This document shows positions 61,601-64,000 of a stretch of DNA of 64,000 nucleotides, piece by piece. Origin of the DNA: Adineta vaga (Eukaryota; Animalia; Rotifera). The translations under genes were made by a program, and so were the position numbers. The notes beneath the pieces are model-generated. The model had not been told where the DNA came from. It did not search any database and worked only from the letters and a program-made list of their open reading frames with translations. Location of the stretch: assembly GCA_021613535.1 (NCBI GenBank), contig CP075496.1, forward strand, positions 2,232,001-2,296,000, in the 5' to 3' direction. Each line of letters starts with the position of its first letter. Positions within the stretch are counted from its first letter, which is position 1.

Positions 61601-64000
61601 CTGAATGATCATCTAATGTTATTACAAGTTGATAATCTTTTGTTACATCAAATATATGTACAAAACGATCACGACTACTGGACGCCAAAAATGTTGTACC
61701 TTTTATTTTCGATAGAAAAATTCATTTTTCATTTTCTACTTCAAACACCAACTCGACATACCTATATCCGTTGATCGACCATAATCAACACTAAGTACTT
61801 CACTATCATGGGCTTCAACAAGTGCAATTTGTTGAAATGTTTCCATATTAAAGATTCGAATATTTCCATTTCGATCACCAATAGCTAATGATACACCATC
61901 TGGACTTGCTTTCATACAACGACCGCCAGTTTTAGGTACAAATTCAGGTCGTTCTAAATAAATATTTATCATGATTTTTTAGTTGTTGAATGATTTTTAC
62001 CTTGAGTTGATTGAGTATCACATAGTTTCGTATAATCATCATCTAAATAGACAATTTTCATCAATTGTTTGCTGAATATATTTGATGATGAGCTTGATGA
62101 CATCATATATGAATCAGTATCATTATGATTTAATGTCCAAAAACGAATCGAATTATCTGATGAACATGTTATACACGATAATTGACGAAGAATTGATGGT
62201 GATGTACTTGTTCGTGAATATGTCTATAGGAATGTTATTTTTTCTTGCTGTAATTGAAAATAAAATAAATAAGTATGTCTTACTTCAATTCCCCATCCAC
62301 ATCCTGAATGATACATATGAGAATCATGTTTTTTTATTGATCGTTCATTTTTAATATCCCAGATATAAAAACTATGATCATTATAAAAACATGTTAACTA
62401 CAAATAAACAAAACGAAATGATTTTCATGCAATGTAAGATATGAGAATATTTCCTAACCACAGATTTATCTTCATCTAAACAAATAGCAATTGTATCGGG
62501 AAACGATGTATTTTGTTGCTGCTGTGAATATTTTATTTGACTATGAAGATCAAATAGAATAATTATAGAAATACAAATAAATATATATGACATACTCAAT
62601 CGATGTAATAAATGCAATATCAACACCCAAATAATGTGGTAAAGGAATAGACATAATATAATCCAAATTTTGTGGTGAAAATACATAAACAGCACCTTTC
62701 ATACATCCAATAACAAGATATAAATCACCAATTGCTAAACAGTTCGTTTTTTCCTAATCAATATATAACAAAATTTCCCTTTTTGTTTTTACTCTCTCGA
62801 ATTCCTCTCTGACTTACTTGAAGATCTCGTTCACCACGCATTTGTCGATGTTCATCGAATTGACAGATTAAGCCATTGGCTGTTATCACATAAGTCATTC
62901 CAGCACAATCTCCTCGTCCACAAACAACATCCGTAAATAGATTATCTTTTCGTTCAGCTAAAATTGCATAACGACCACGTAACGGAACTACTTCGATCTA
63001 CAAATTTATAAAACATTTCATATAAAATCACAGGATAAAAACCATACCGATGATGTCGAAATCAAATACCAAAATTTCACATGACGATTACCAACTGTAA
63101 CAAAATAGCTGCCATCTTCTGCGAAAGCAATTCGACGAATCTAAATTTTAAAAAAAACAATGAATGAATCCATACGTTTTAACAACTATTCTTACCGCGC
63201 ATGTACATTTATTTGATGCAAGTTTTTTCTTATCTTTCCAATTCCATACATAAATATTGCCATCATGTACAGATCCAATTGAAACAAGACGATCGACATT
63301 CGGTGAAAAACACTATAATTATCAAATAACATTATAGCCTGATTATATTCTTCTTCAATACTCTTGAGAATTAAATCAATCTTCAGATTGGATTCATCTA
63401 CTATTCTCACATGCTATGTTACATTCACAATCTATACTATCAATGATCAGTTTAACTTGATCTTTACACAATTGAATTTATTTTTCTTTAAATTAAATTC
63501 AACTTACCACACAATCAATTGCAAATTTATGATCACCCAATTCAATACAAGTTGTTCTATCACCATGTAAATCCCAGATGCGTACTTTAGGATCATGACC
63601 ACACTAAAAATGTTATATATATATATATATCTACATAAGGAAGCGAATATTGTTTTTAATCTACTTCGCCTGTTGCTAAATATCGACCATCAGGTGAAAG
63701 TGACAATGATGTAATCGCTTTTCGAGCTGTACTTATAATAAAATCTTGCTTTTGTGTATGAAGATCGTATAAAATAACAGTTGAACTAAAAAGACATCGA
63801 GAAATTACTTTTTCTTTAGTTATAAACGAGAAGATTATACCCAGCAGCATAAACTATGGTTGACCGATCTTGACTAACAACTGAATTTGATATAGAAGTA
63901 AATCCAAGAACACGTTCGAGATTAATTTGAAACTGGAGAAAAAAAACGAGACAAGTGAGAAAAAAAGGATTGTTTTATATCAAATTGATAGTTTACTCGA
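58684..64000 (-). CDS. MAPKBP1: WDR62/MAPKBP1-family WD40 protein (5' end lies beyond the window)
   Basis: [115 protein letters not shown]; low-complexity C-terminus; stop at 58684-86. Confidence 0.92.

Overview
AT-rich, gene-dense eukaryotic (animal) DNA with many short GT-AG introns of about 45-70 nt. The style and gene content suggest a bdelloid rotifer (Adineta/Rotaria-like); this is an inference from the sequence, not a database result. About 23 protein-coding loci, in order: Cdc25, an orphan secreted glycoprotein, BLTP3/UHRF1BP1, NIFK, an intronless bacterial-looking secreted beta-helix-like protein, PPP6R/SAPS, a small secreted protein with two identically spaced 6-Cys modules, SPO11, DHX15, an orphan tail-anchored protein, ANAPC7, an ABCH-type transporter, a bacterial-type crotonase with a mitochondrial-like presequence, a VWA-alpha-kinase, GPC1/GPCAT, WRAP73, LETM1, TBC1D31, an aspartic protease pseudogene, NR4A, a PPxY membrane microprotein and a 5'-truncated WDR62/MAPKBP1. 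Main observations: (1) operon-like same-strand arrays whose 130-175 nt spacers share an AATAAA-(TA)n-TTTTCAG-ATG layout, suggesting polycistronic transcripts resolved by SL trans-splicing; (2) an apparently domesticated horizontally acquired secreted enzyme; (3) an unrecognised tandem disulfide module with a cationic tail; (4) an intact SPO11 in a probable asexual lineage; (5) an immediate-early-type CRE/CArG/GC-box cluster upstream of NR4A. No rRNA, tRNA, CRISPR or transposase was recognised. Exon boundaries were read by eye and may be off by a few bases.
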